A stretch of 64,000 nucleotides of DNA, from the NCBI RefSeq assembly GCF_964204865.1, contig NC_135257.1, forward strand, positions 3,410,001 to 3,474,000, given 5' to 3'. Origin of the DNA: Styela clava (taxonomy: Eukaryota). A program made the position numbers and the translations under genes. How positions within the stretch are numbered: position 1 is the stretch's first letter; each line of letters opens with the position of its first letter. Positions 38,101 through 53,100 of this stretch are shown here, one piece after another. The notes under the pieces are model-generated. The model was not told the origin of the DNA and did no database searches. It was given only the letters and a program-made list of their open reading frames with translations.

Positions 38101-41100
38101 GTCTGGTTTGTTATAGTTAACCAAAGTATATTGTCTTTTTAAAATTGACGGAAGTCTATATCACGTTTGAGTATAAAACATATCCGGACTTCTTGTTTCA
38201 CCATGTACAATAAGTTCATATTTGGATTTGGCAGGATTTCCCCGAAATGTCAAGGATCAGATTAAGTAGATTTTTACCGAGATCTAGTTTTTTTAATCCT
38301 ATGATTTTGTTGTTATCTACATTTTATTGCTCAATTTTTGATGCTTATGTCATGTTTTGGCTTCTTTTCTCTGCAATATTATATATGGGTGTTAGCCATT
38401 TACTTGAAATACCGAAATACTTTGAAAGTCAAAATGTGGATTGTAGTAATGTCGATAGGATGCTAAACAAATATTTTATATGTTTATATTAATGAAAATT
38501 TTCGACGTGAAGATCTGTTGACTAGTATATAAGGTAGCGTTTAACAAATCCATTTGGTTAAAAACCAATTCTATTTCAAATCTGAAAGCTTCAATCACAG
38601 CGCATGTCAGATAGTATCTCGAAATAACATTTTGTGTTGAATTACGCGGTTTTTCGAAGACCGTAACAAGTCAACGTTTTGAGAATATTCTCGCTTTGGG
38701 ATTTGTCTGGCTGTTTAAAAAGCGAATAGCAGTTTCCATTATTGTGACAATGTACTGGTCGCATCGGGATGTTATAATGCGTTTAGCATGTAGATACATA
38801 TTTAATCGCAACAGAACTGAACACATTGACGTTCGACACTGCAGATAGTGTTTGACATTGTATTTGGGTAATTTTCGTCAAATTAATCAGGCTTTTGCCT
38901 GTCTAATCAGAAGGAATATTGTTTGTCGTTTTTGTAAATGATGAAGTGCGGGCCATAAGTAGAACGCGTCGAATTTATGCTGCCCATGTAAGATCATGTC
39001 TGACAACAATTGTTTTTGCTTCGTTATATTCTCTCACTCTTGGGATTGTAAACGTACGAAAGTATTTTGTCGATGGTCGGGATTATGAAAATAACAGCCA
39101 CCAAAACGTGTTATACTCATTTGTGGGGAGACAATTTGCGCCGCCCATCAATTTTACAATATTACTTACGATCAACTTAGTTTACCAATGCTTACTCTAA
39201 TTACTCCTATAATATTTTATTCATAATCGTAACCGAGACATATTGCCAAATCTTATTTATATCAAAGCACTATGCCTCAAATTGATTTTTCGCGCAAATG
39301 TGTTTCCCACAAAACGACATCTGAAGTCATATCGTTTAAGGTGGCGTTCCTACTAAAGTATCATTAGCTTGTCATCAAGTACATGCAAATCAATACAGAA
39401 AACTAATACCGGTAATGATAGTCTCTTATTCGCGTAACATTAATATTCCAACACGAAAAAGTACGACGAAGATGCAAATAACGTTCTATCTTTTCCGTTG
39501 TTAGTTTATTTCCTTGTAAGATTTTTCTGTTAACTGGCACGTTTTTTCGGTCACATAGTAGATTTGGCAGGTACATTGTTCATTAGAAGTACTGTTTGGC
39601 TGGTTGGGAATCTCGAAACCAGTATGAAAATTACTTTACTACTTCGGACAGTTTTTGCTATTATGTCTGCCATTTTCTTTTATTTGTAGAAGGATAAAGA
39701 ATAACAATTAAGTATTAAACGCGACTTTAAAAAACTTAGATATGTTATATTTTAATGCAAAGTTCGATTAATAATCACGTTTATAAACTATATTTATAAT
39801 ATATGGATAGGTTGTGTTAGCTTTTAAATATGGAAAATTAAGATGAAATAATGTTATTTTTTAAAAGTACAATATGATGAAATCTCGTGGGCGAATTTTA
39901 CGACGACGCAAAGTAGCGAAAAAATCGTCATCACCATACCACACACATTGTGCTATGATCAGTCGACCTTTTCTTCCGTTTCAGCAACTAGACGTGACGT
40001 CACCACCTAATTGGAAATATTAACCGACCTTTGCGATACACCTGTATTCAACTAGTGATGCAAAGCAATTTTATTTGAAAACGCTTAAGATTGAATTATC
40101 TTTTAAAAGATTGACTACGTTATTTTAAATACGCCGACAGTACACCTGACAAACTAAATTTATTTTAATTAGAAGAAAGAGTGCTTCCAGAAAAATACAC
40201 TTCTTTGTGATACGAATATGAGGTCATGATTTTTTAACAATTACACTTTTCAGTAAATAGAATCTTGAACTAGTTTGGATTTAAACAAAATATAACAATA
40301 AAATAAATAAAAACGTATGTATTAATTTTGCGAAAGTTCGGAAAATGGGAACAACAAACTTAAATTCCATCTCTAGATTGACATGAAATTTTACACTTCG
40401 TTAGGCGACGCTTGGCTTCACAGGAGGAGTATTGTAACCTTTTCTGTCATTTATTTTTAGCTTTTTCTTACGTCATACTCGCGCCTCATGTTATTAAAAT
40501 AACCTTATAGGGTAAACATGACATTATCTTATCCTTTTTACCGATATTTATGGCAAAACGGACTGAACGCTAGATATTGGGTTTGTTCAAGCAAAATGGG
40601 ATTCAAGATTTTATCTATTAATTTGTTTTGATTATCAGATGAGACGGGTAACACGGAAAAACGTTAATAAACTGCAGCATACATTATAATCGGACAATTG
40701 TCATACTTCTAAGAACTGTGGCGAAAGATTTACCAGACATTCTGCAGACAGTCGAATAGTGAAATGTTGGATTTTAGTTTTTTTTTTATTTTGTCGCTAA
40801 TACTGATGAAACCGACGCGTGTTTTTTAAATCGAAGTTCTATAATATTCGGCGTATCCGTTGGCTAATGTGTGACGAAGTTTGTTTGGTAAGCGATTTAT
40901 AATGAAAGTCCATATAAACCTATATTCAAAATAATTACTATCTTGATATATAATAGAATTTGTCACGAATAACATTTTTCATTAAAACGCATATGAGTCA
41001 ATAATATGTCTTCCAAATTTCGTCATTCAAATTGAAATACCGGAAATATGCAAGTTAAGTAATGTCAATTTCTCGCTAATCCATTATACCAGCAACCTCG

Positions 41101-44100
41101 GAAGCGATTCGATCTAACAATGCTCTCCATTATACTAAAGATGACGTTATTTTTGAACTGTGCATACAGAGGGTCAAGTTGTTTTGGTTTAAAGATTAGC
41201 AATGTTTTGACGTGCGACAAAAATCATGCTAAATATGTCGAAGGCGAAACTACCGGGAAACAAGCCCCATCCCTTATCGCATCTACATGAATACGAATGA
41301 ATATAATTCTTCGAAGTTGACTTTGTCTCGAATAAAAACTCTCACGTTTTATTTACATATTTCTTTTGTTTATTTATCCTATGGTAGATTTTTGTCGTAT
41401 CGCATGCCGACGCCTCTTGATATCATTATCATGTTAGCATGATTCTAAGAATACGAACCAGTTTCGTTTTACCGCGCCTGACCTTGTTTAAATCGTGCTG
41501 CACGAAGTGCATGACTGGGTAACTTTAAAATGTGTATGTAATAATGATTTTGCAAAAATATTCATAGAATTCATGTATATCTATGTATATCTAAACCACC
41601 CAAAAGTTATGTTGTTTATGCTATCTTTATATAGAAAACTTTCCTGTTTATGTAACATTCAACTTTACTGTTGCGGTGTGAACTTTTAGAGATTGATGCG
41701 TTGCTACTGCGTTTGACGTAGGCAAAAAAGAGGAATATTGTTATATTTTTCAAGGGATGTTTATATATAGATTCGTAACCATTGTTTATCTTTAAAAATA
41801 TTCTTTATGTGTATTTTTAAGAAGAAGCTCAAAAATTGTTATTACAAAAAAAATGGTTTTGATTTTGAATTTTTTGTAGCTAAATTGCACTGGTATCCCT
41901 ATTTTGCTTCATTTCGGCAATATAAATTAAAATCAAAAATGTTGGTAGAAGCCACAAATATGAGTACATATATTCATTATCATATCTATGTTAACAAGGC
42001 TGTTCATGATACGTGGCATGGACTCCTATGCCTTCAATGCCGTTTGAACATCGTGTTCCCTACAATCGTGTATGGTATATTCGTGTTGAGCTTACGATGT
42101 TCCCTATATCTTTATGGGTATTTAAAAATATAATGGCGAACTCGTACAATTTTTTCCATATCTCTCAAAGGCATTGTGTGCCAACAAACAGACTCGTTTT
42201 GTTGAAGTTTATATTAGTTTCAAGTTACAAAGGGGATGATAAATGACAATAATAAGCTATTTCATTCAAATCCAAGTTTGTCTAACAAACTCAGAAATAA
42301 AATATTAATTTCCTTTACTTGGCATTGTCCATTACGTCGCAGTGAACTGTGTCGGGTGGTGTCGAAAAAGTAGTCACCGTCTTTGTTGTACACGACAAAA
42401 GAAAATAATGTATGGTTTTGTTGTTGTAAGTTTCATTGTTTGGTTTGTCTAACTGGTATGTTTATTCACCTGTCTTCAAACTCTAAAAAGCCAAATCTAT
42501 GTTATTTCTTCACGGTGGCCTGTTTTCACGAGCAAAAGACCAGTACGCACGGAAGCATTGTTGTACTGCCCTTTGTTGCTTCTCTGCAGCAGGAATCCCT
42601 CCCATTTGCCTGGATAAAGACATTTCATAATAGAAGTGCATTTGCATGACTTACGATAAAAATGATTCAGCGTTATTAAACCTTTCTCTCCTGTTAAATT
42701 CGCAAAAATAAAGTAAAATTAAAATGAATACAACAATGATGGTCCGTTCGAAAACAAGTTTTCACTAGTCTAGTGATATAACTAGCTCATTTTTATTTAT
42801 ATTTTTTTTTGAGTGATTTTTATGCGACCTATTTTATACATTTTTCGCCCCAAACAAGCCTCCGCACAAGAAGCCACTGCTATATATAGAACAGGAATTT
42901 TGCATCAGAAGAAAATATATATCTGATATAGTAGACTGCAAAATTCGACTGAGTTCATGGACTTTCACATATATTGTTGAAACATTTAAATTAAATAAGA
43001 TATTTTACTTTCATTTGATGCAGATGGTTAGTACCCAACAGCAAGATCAACATTTGACAAATCCTCTTCTCAGAATGATGCCATTTTGCCCAACACCAAC
43101 TAACGACAACCTGCTTTCCGCAGCTCAATCTGGATTGCTGCCTTTGCCCTCATTAGCAGCCTACAAAGGAATTCTAGGTAAGTGGCCATATAGAGCATAT
43201 TACACCCTTATCAGGCATGATCTAAGACTAAAGAACAGATAAACATGATCTTGTGCGGTTGTTGGAAACCGCCCTATGTTCGGTGATAATTAATGGCGTG
43301 TTATTATCGTCATGCAAAAAAACGATATCTCGGGAACAGATCGGAAAAGAAAGTCATTTGTCTTACTCATTAGTTCACATTGTAGTCGAAATGGTTCAGA
43401 AAAATAACAATTGAACGCCGGAGTCGTTCAGTTTACTTTGCTCTCATCTGTAATACTCATCCAACAAGTTAACAATCACGGCTGTGAGCAAAAATTAGTA
43501 AAATATAAACTATTTCATATACAACTCAATGATGAGTTTCAGTTTTATAATTTATCATAAAAAATTTGTTACTTCGAATTTGGATTAGGAAATTGTTTAG
43601 AATTGATATTGAGTAAACCCATGTGATAAAACAACATTTTCATGGTTTCAAATAATCTGAATTACCTGAAAACAGGATTAACTTTGACCATTTTTGTTAC
43701 AAACATACTGTATCTTGGTAATTGACACGGCCATATCCTGAGATAGGAAAGTATGGAATAAAGACAATAATACTTGATTAACATCATTATTATGATTATA
43801 TAATGCAATAAATATAGGATAAAATACCGATTAATCATCATAATTGAATCGGATTCGATTCGATATTTTTTCTGACTCAAAATGAAATTTGCTTATGTAA
43901 AGTCGAAATAATCGACAAAACATCTATAAAAATTTTGATGTATTTTTAAGACTAGGGAATATTACATTTCATGAATGTTATTTTTCAGATTTTAGCTCAC
44001 TCGTAACATTCGGTGTACACTTCGTTATCAACAATATAGCTTGTTGTATAATATTTGTTGATATGTATATTTGTAGGTTTGAAATCCCATCGTTTTCTGC

Positions 44101-47100
44101 TAGAGTTTTAGATTTTATTATGGAAAATCATTTTTTGAAAAAAAAAAGTTTAAGAGTTCATCGATAAATATTTTAACACGAAGATATTATAGCAGCTTAT
44201 GTACGTTAGGAAAACGGAAATCTCTGATAATATCGCTTGATGCGTGAAACAGGTTTTTCGTTATATTTGTGCGTACGTCGCTATATTTCAATTTCAATAC
44301 CTCACATTGTTTTTATTTATTTAATTTTTTTTATATATAAAATTAGACGTAAGTTGTTATTTTTGACGTTATTATTAATCTTTTCCTCGCTTTTTGTAAC
44401 AGATCCATACGCTCATATGCTGGCGTCCGGCTTCGGGTTAAATCCAAACCAGGTAGGTTTGTGTACATTGTTCAAATCACTGTTCTACTTTCTTCATTGC
44501 GTCAGCAATTTATCAAAGAACGCCTTGTTCGATTTAGGTATTCGTTAGATAAATATGTTTTAAATTAATACGTGCGTATTTACGTTCGGTTATATAATTT
44601 TAAATAACTTTTTGTGGTTCCGAAATATTTATATTTTGGTGTTTTTAACTATTTACACAAATCCGACTAAATTCACACAATCCGATCGTTGTTTTGTGGA
44701 TCAAAAATATCGGAATATCATTTATGGCTGTGTTTTTCTTTTACTAGCGTCGTTTTCGCGTGTAATATGTCTGTAAACCATTGCTTGGTATTTCTAAAAA
44801 AGTAATTGACTGGCTGTCCTCAAAGTGATCGACTTTTGTTTATGAGTAAAACTGAAGACTAATTCCCTTCGCTAAATTTCGGATAGATTGTATTGTAGCT
44901 ATGAAATAAAATGGAGGCACCAACGTACATTTACTATCTGGCATCATTTATGGTATTGATCGTTTTTTTTTTATTTGTTTCAGCACCCGCTTATGCTTCC
45001 GCAGACTACAGCTTCCGGACTTTCTACAATTAATTTACATTCTGGTTTGCAGACTCCACAATTGGACAAATCGAGATTAGGTAACTTTGCATTTTTCATT
45101 TCAAAATAACTAATATACACACTTATATCATGAAAGAAGTGACATTTTCATGCGTTATTCGTAACATTTCAGGATTGACTGTTCCGACAACTTTAACAAA
45201 ACCGACTTCCATTTCATCGTATTCTGATCTAAGCCGTGGAAAAACGTCATCTTCAATCAGACGAGATGCTGGCTATTCTGTTCCGCACGGCGTAAAACGC
45301 CGCTCAACAGATTCATCCGTTAACGATGTTCGAGCTTGTAAATTGCCTTCAACTCGTCACGAAAATCTTAGCTCACTTCCAGTGACGATGTCGCCAGCTC
45401 ATTCACGTTATTCTCCTGTTCTGAGTTCCCAACACGATGGAAGCCCAAATCACCGCGCAGCAGTTTCCGACGACCACATCAGGAAACGTGGCCTTCTTTT
45501 TGACCGACATCAACGACGAGCGAGTCAAACATCCCCCAACACTGACCGGTATCTATCAAGCCCAGAAGCACGAAGCGACGCTAACCTATCTCCCAAATTT
45601 CTGGCAAAAGGGGTGAGTTATGTTACCAAGTTTTGTGATAATCTGAATAAATAAAACATAGAGAATATTGTACACAATGCCGGCAAAAATGTATCACCAA
45701 GTTAGACCACCCACAAATATATTTGTTGATTTATTCAGCAAGGCATACAAGATCGGCGGTGGCAGTTGAGATTGAACTTTTTTTAGTTTCATTGCTATCC
45801 TGTTAACGATTACGGACTAGTCGCTTGACACTATTTTCGGTTGTACGCTTTGTCAAGCAATTACGGCCAACTTACGGTCTTTGACGGATGGCCTAATATC
45901 TTGCATTGTCTCATAAACACAGTGAAGACTCGCTTAATATCATTTTGGCATGCTCTATAGTGCATCACAGAACGTACGGCCGGAAATCACATTTACACTG
46001 TTAGTATCAACCCTCGGTAGGCCGGGATCATGACTAAAGAAAGGTATCGTTGAATTATCTGACTATAATACATCGGAATGCATTTCGCGCTTGTTCCAAG
46101 TTCACCACTTGGCAATATTACGCCCGTCGTTTACGTCATAATGCTCTCTTTCAAGTCCGTCGCCTCCTACCGACGTTCCCGTGGGACACGTCACGGCACA
46201 CCTTTGAGAGGAAGACCCGCTCACGGGAGGCTTAAAATAGCGAACCTTCACCACAATATTATCAAGGAACGCCTGCAAGCCAGGCGCACAATCGTTGATT
46301 TCAATGGAGAATACGATTATCATCCATATATATCGCGATGATTGTTTCCAACACAACAACTGGCATAACCAATAAGATTAACCAATTCGCGCTGGTCGTT
46401 GTATTTAAACTTGACGGTGGCGACAGGGTTAGGATTAAGGCGTGTGTCAGATCACAAATAAGCCGATTTGAGTAACGTTTTGCGAGATGATAAGACTTTA
46501 AATATTCTTGCAAATGAAGCCGCAGTTTGGAAATGACAGCTTCCGTTCGTACTAACTAAAATGGCTACTAAATTGGAATATTTTCTCGTAGCCAATATGG
46601 TGGATAATCGCTGATCACATTTTATATATTGAAGTATGAATCGTTCACAACTGAACTCGGTTGGGACACTGTATAAAGTCATCCAGGCTTAGAAATTGAC
46701 CATCGCGGCTATTAGATGCGATGCAATGCGATTTACGGTAATAAAATTTATGACAATACAAAAACAAGTTAATCAATTTTGGTAAATAATAGCTTTATCG
46801 ACCTTAAGAATTTTTAATTTCATTTGTTCGAATCCTTGGCGAGTAAACGAGTGTTTGTTCATTGGTAATGCTATAAGCTTGCATTTCACTCAATGGCCTC
46901 TTTTCACACGGACGCCGACATCTCTTGTGCTGTATACTTATGGTGTCGGATTTAATATTCTTAGAAATATTTCGTCTGTCGTCGACGACAATAGGAAACA
47001 ATAGTTCAATATTGTAACATATTGTTGTCAAAATGACAAGAACAACCATGTACGTTTACTTGTTTCATTGTTATTCCTTGCTACCATATCATTTTGCGCA

Positions 47101-50100
47101 GGACAACTTCAAAATTTAGCGCAAAAATTAGTTTGAACTCAGATTTTAGGCTGTAAAACACGGAAGCATATACGAAAATGGTAACGCAACTGTGATGATT
47201 GTATAGGTATCTATCAAGCACGAGCTATGCTTGTAACACATATTAAAAAGAACGACGAATGACATCCGAACGTTGGGCTAATAGAAACGCGAACTCCTAA
47301 ATTTTAACAAATGATGTTATAATGTAAGCGATGTTGCAATTAGTATTAACAACATTTTTCAGAAATCCAAGTAAAACTAACAAATTTTTTGAATGTGTGC
47401 AGTTGGGTCGACCTTGCTTCGGGAAATCCTTCCTAATGTATAATGGATATTCATTTGACAAGTCAAAAATCCCTGACCGCTTTATTTCCATGCGGAAAGG
47501 TAATATTTCAATTGTTTGGCTTATACTGGCAACATCACTTCTTCGAGTTCCACGAAAAGAAGGATTTTTCCATATATGCCATACGTATAACCGCAATGAC
47601 ATGGTTTTTGTACTGTAACTGTTTCGATTTAACCTATTCGATTGGCATATATTTTAATTGTTCTACTCTACATGCAAATATCAAATATCGACTCGGGAAT
47701 AACAAATGTCCCCGCTGTTTTATTTACGTTTTAGTCGTTCACGATGATAGATGATATTACAATGGTGAAATATTTTTTTTTTATTCCAATATTATTAGGT
47801 TACGATTCTATAATGCTAAATTTAGCATTAGCTAATACGTGGTTGTTATTTGTGCATGTATGCATCAAAATGCATGTCTGACATACCGGTAACTGTGTGT
47901 GCAAAGCCTTGTTAAGAGTGGAAAGCTCGCGAACAAACGTAGTATAAAAGCTTGAAAATTGAAAATGTAATTTACGTTCAGGGCCCGCACGTTCATATTT
48001 CTTGAAACGATATTGAAGCGAAAGTAACACATTCGTTACGTTGTTTTAGTCATCGGCCCATTTGATTCAAAAATTTTATGCGCTGCGTATTTCGATTAAA
48101 CATAAGTCAATTCAGAAATATCAATCTGATCTAACGTGCAAAAGCTTTTGCATTAACAACAATTTACAAATAATTTTTAGACTATTGCCATTTAATTACC
48201 GTTACCCATTGTAATCCCCAATTCTTCCGATTATTTCAGTTGTATTTTGGCGACATAAATAATTTCGTCGTCGCGTTACGGGGACGGGAAGTCATTACGA
48301 CAGACATATGGATGGAAATGTTATATTATTCTATTGTTTGCACAATGACTAACTATAACTAACTATACACAGCGCGCGATCTGTTTATTATCTACCACAA
48401 ATTAAATATGCTAAATTTTCTGATTAATAAATAAGAACATTCGTGACATACATCAGAAAAAAGCTGCAAGCTGTTTTAGGCTACGAAATGATTCTGAATC
48501 AGTATAAGATATCATCCAATTCTGAACTAAATTCCAATTTTCTAATTAGTTATAACATAAGTTCATTTAATTAATGAAAGTGATTTTCATCAATTTTTAC
48601 AGCAATAACGTTACTATTAAATATAAAAATACAATTAAAACATATTATGACTGACTTTCATTTGCGGAATGGATTAATACTTTTCGAAATTCTTAAAGTT
48701 AACTGGATTTGAAACTCGACATCGACAAATCGAGTTGTTTTATTACACTTATTTTAAAATGGCATTACATCTCTGGCGTTTATTGTTTCAAAATTATTTT
48801 AGGGCATAAGACTCTATTAATGTCGCTTGATCAACGTTTAGAATACACACACAGAAAGTATTGTAAACGATTGAAGTACGCTACTGGCTATTACGCATGT
48901 CAAAATACTTTATTATATGTTCAATGCTAATTCAGTCCTTGTAAGTTTATCGTACGCTGTCAGGCAGACATTTCCGAAATTTGTAAGTCGTGTGGCATGA
49001 TTTTTTGTTTTGCCATTCTTTTCACGGTGATTGACAACTGACTTCAAGCATAACCTGGCATTGTTTTGGTTGAAATTTCGAAAACTAAGTCTCAATTAGG
49101 TAAGCGTAACCTCAGTAGTGGATTTCTGATTCGATGAGGGACCGTACGAAACATGAAATTTGATAGATATTAAAAATTTTAATTCTCATAACCCAATAAG
49201 TTCAAATGTAGGATTTGAGATGAAAACTAGAATATTTGAATGTGTATGTGCTTACAATAATACTAATAACTTAATGAGAATGGACAAGTAAAAACTTTCT
49301 TGAAGTCAGCATTCTAGGGCTCTTTACAATTTTAGTTATTGAAACCTAATATCTTGAGAAATAAGCTAAATAACCAGAAGGAAGTCTATTCACACAAACG
49401 AGCAATAATATCAATGTTGAGTACATTCATACAGCTGAATGAATCGTTTATGAATTGGGAAACTTACGTTTCCGTACCTACATAAATTGTCGGTTGCCAC
49501 ATCTGAACTTTTCAATCAAATCTTAAACCGTGCGTTTGCTCTCTTTGTTTTAAGTACATGTATTTCGTTTCACCATTCACCACATTGAATTCAATTGAAA
49601 TTAAAACTTCTCTGACGAATGCATGTAATGCGCGTTTCTGTTTGAAGGAAAGTTTTGGTCTTTGATGACTTTCTTTTATTGAATAGTGTTTTTGTGTTTC
49701 CGTCTTTTCAATTAAAACTAGTGCACATACTCACACACAGCACCTTGACGTATTTTGTGAATTATCGGAAGAATGATATCCGTTTTGAGAAAGCCAAATT
49801 CCATTCATTAGGACCTCAAATGAGATTCATTTTACATAATATACGGTTTTTGAAAAATGATAAATTTGTCCACAAAGTACTTTGCTGAAAAACTTTTCCC
49901 CTTCCTGAATTAAAACGAAAATGATTTTAGAATGGATGACGTATGTGACGTTGTCTTATTTGTATATCGTAATCATTGTGCTTTCTATTCACGTGTCAGT
50001 CTTATTCGTACTTAGTTATTAGCACATTCGAGTGAATTTTTGCCCAGTAGGGTACAAAATTTTGTTGCATATATATTTATATATGTTATATAATATAGAA

Positions 50101-53100
50101 TTCAAATTAAGTAGTTAGTATTTGCGAAATATTGGAAATACATGATGTATATGACTGAAAATAGCCCAATAAAAATGCGCATTATTTTTAACGGCGGTTC
50201 AGTTTTAAAATTCGTGATAAAAAAATTTGAACTGATTTCACCAACTCAACCGAGCTCAAACCGAACAAAAAAAAAACTTTTGTAATAAAACATAAATTTA
50301 CTCTAAACATAAATTAAATCTTTATTACGAAATAGTCATCGTGTGCGGTTTATAAATTTTGAACCAAGTGACTTCTTAGAGCGACTGTGTGTTCGATTCG
50401 GCCTTAATGCCATCAACCCCGACCCTTTGATGCAAACGTAACAGTAATCCATTGTGAAACCACATAGAAATTTTGCTTGTACAAGTCGTTTATCTGTACG
50501 AATATCGAAATTATTTCAACAATTCACGTCAACATAATTACCAATGTGTGTTTTTGCAAGCATATTATGTCACACAGCTTGTTAACAAAATACCGATATG
50601 TATTATACAAGCTAGTTACTGAAATTTCCGGGGATACCGACACAAATACATTGGAATATTGTATACACAACGATTAGAAAACATCTAGTTTACAAAGAAT
50701 TAATAATTTTGACGAATGTTTAAAACATTCCTTTGTATGAGTTGGGTTTTTAGTACATGTTTGGGATTATGTACATTATTTGCTGTTGTCTAATTCTTCC
50801 TGGAGAAGAGGGCTTCTTAGTAGCACAACGTCCTTTCGTAGTATCGGTTACAAATCATCACTTCGTTGTTGGATAAGGGTTGTAGATTACATATTAACTG
50901 AAAACAAAACTTTTGGGAAAAACATGTGGAATTTTTTTTCTACGAATCTCATATTCCAGCTCAAAATTGAGACACGTCATCAAAAGCATTCCATACGTAC
51001 TTAGCGAATGAGTAGTGTTATCCAATAGGTTATGAAAATCACAATGTTCTGATCCAAATTTAGTCGAAAATTCTGCGATCACACAAAAACCTTAGAGTGT
51101 GTGTATATACTGTTGGATCGACTGACGTTACATCGGTACATGGTATATTGAGTTATTTATTGTGTATTCGAGACGTTTAAAAAAAAAAACGCCGTTGTAA
51201 AATTCGTGTGAAGAGGGTAGATTATGACGTCATTTTATTTTCCGAAAAGCCTCATTTTTGTGTCGAGACATTTGTAATAGTCAAGGTTCAATACCGCAAA
51301 TATGATCCGCGAACACCTGTCGACGCCGTCAACAATGCGCAGTTGCACGCCAGAATTCTTTGACCCAAAGCCTCAAATATTTTTTGTTTCGGTGATTAGT
51401 TCACACAACAGGCCAAAAGTGCGCCATTGTTATGATTTTTTGGAGGAAATCTGCCCTAATGACACAGTCGGCCTAGTAACAATGCACAAAAATACATATT
51501 GATCATAAACGAAATGTTGCGTAAAATGAAAACACGCACGGTTTTGGTCATATATTGTTGAATTCTTTTACTTATTTTTCGTGACACAGTTGATTTCGAA
51601 GGATACGCTTTGCCAGTAACAAATAATAAAAGACAAGAAATATATCGCGGTGTCGTTGATGTTAAGTATGATCATTTTACCGTACGTAAAGACTGTAACA
51701 CATTAAATATATAAGTCATTATGCCGACATATACTTTTATTTGTATAGATATGGACCTCTAGTTCGAATCATTATCACAATATTTCTATAGCGAATGATC
51801 ATCAAAGAATCAGTTTTATAATGTCGGTGAATAAGAAATAGGGACATGCTTTGCGCCTTTTTAATTTATTGCCTAAACAATTTCGAATTTCGAGATTTTT
51901 TATTGTCTTTTTTTAGGTTTTTAAATATGGGTCAAATAATTGTCATGCACGAATGTATGCGTCTTTTCAGCATTCGTTGTCCTGTGCATGAACTCTATTA
52001 CTTTTGCTTAAAATGGCGGATTCTTGAAAATCGTATTCGGTCAAAAATCGATTATAGATACCGTTGTTGTGACGAAGTACGCAATAGAAACGAAACGTCT
52101 TATTTTTGTTTAGTTATAAATAGATCCGTCTTCAAGTTTTTAATGATCTAGTATTCGCGAAAAATTCTGGATTTTTAAAATTATTCTTTGAAATAATAAC
52201 AAAAAGGTTGTTTGTAATTCGTTCAAAAGTATGATATTTGGTTTATCCTTTTCACTTGAGTGTACTTTCCGACAATAAATTTACATATTATACATGTTAC
52301 TCGACGATTAAAGTTCTCGTGAATAGGTTCACGCGGCCAAACTTCATCTGTTTGAATTGTCTTTGAGGAATGAAAACCTTCGGAGAAAATCTGATGTTGC
52401 CCTTTCCTATCGCATCTGTACATTTGCAACAAAAAGAACCCATTTGCATAATAACATGCGCGATTATGTATTACGACCTTTGTTGTGCTTTTGGCCAATC
52501 ACGTCCGACTTTTAGAAACCCATTTGACCATTCACTGATAAGTAAATGAAATGTCAAAGCCTCTTCCCCAAGTTAAGAGAAAAGTTGAGTAATTTTGTGA
52601 AATCTCAAAGCAGGCCATGGATAAACGTGTCATATTTTCAAACACTGTTAAAAACGTTGTTGAAGGTATCTAACTAAAAACATTATTTGTCATTCACATT
52701 ATTAAAATACATTTGAATACTTTTAAAAGAACGGATGACAGATGGTCACATATACTGGGTAAACTTCATACAGAGGTCATTCCTGCTCGATTCTAATTAA
52801 ATGACACGAAATTTGCAGTTATTTTTTCACATTCCTCTTTGACACGATACACGTGATCACAATCCGGTACATGATGTTTGAATCTCATCAAATTGTTTTC
52901 TTATTCCGTTTCATTTAATTAATTAAGTATGAAGCATTATGCATGTCGTTTCCGTAACTGCATTGATTATTTCACTACATGCAAATTCAAATTAGAGACT
53001 GAAGTTGACCTTGCTTCCTAGAAAGATATCGCGCGTCCGGGTCGTTCGCGTGAAGCGTTTAGTCAAATTTTCTGACCTCTTCCAATATGGACGAATCGTA

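Noticed and set aside
46250-46440. Minus-strand YMDD...GLQAFLD resembling a reverse-transcriptase core; plus-strand FKLDGGDRV resembling C1q/TNF
   Set aside because: The RT reading needs a frameshift and lacks upstream RT motifs. Both resemblances are a few residues long; a BLASTX would settle it.
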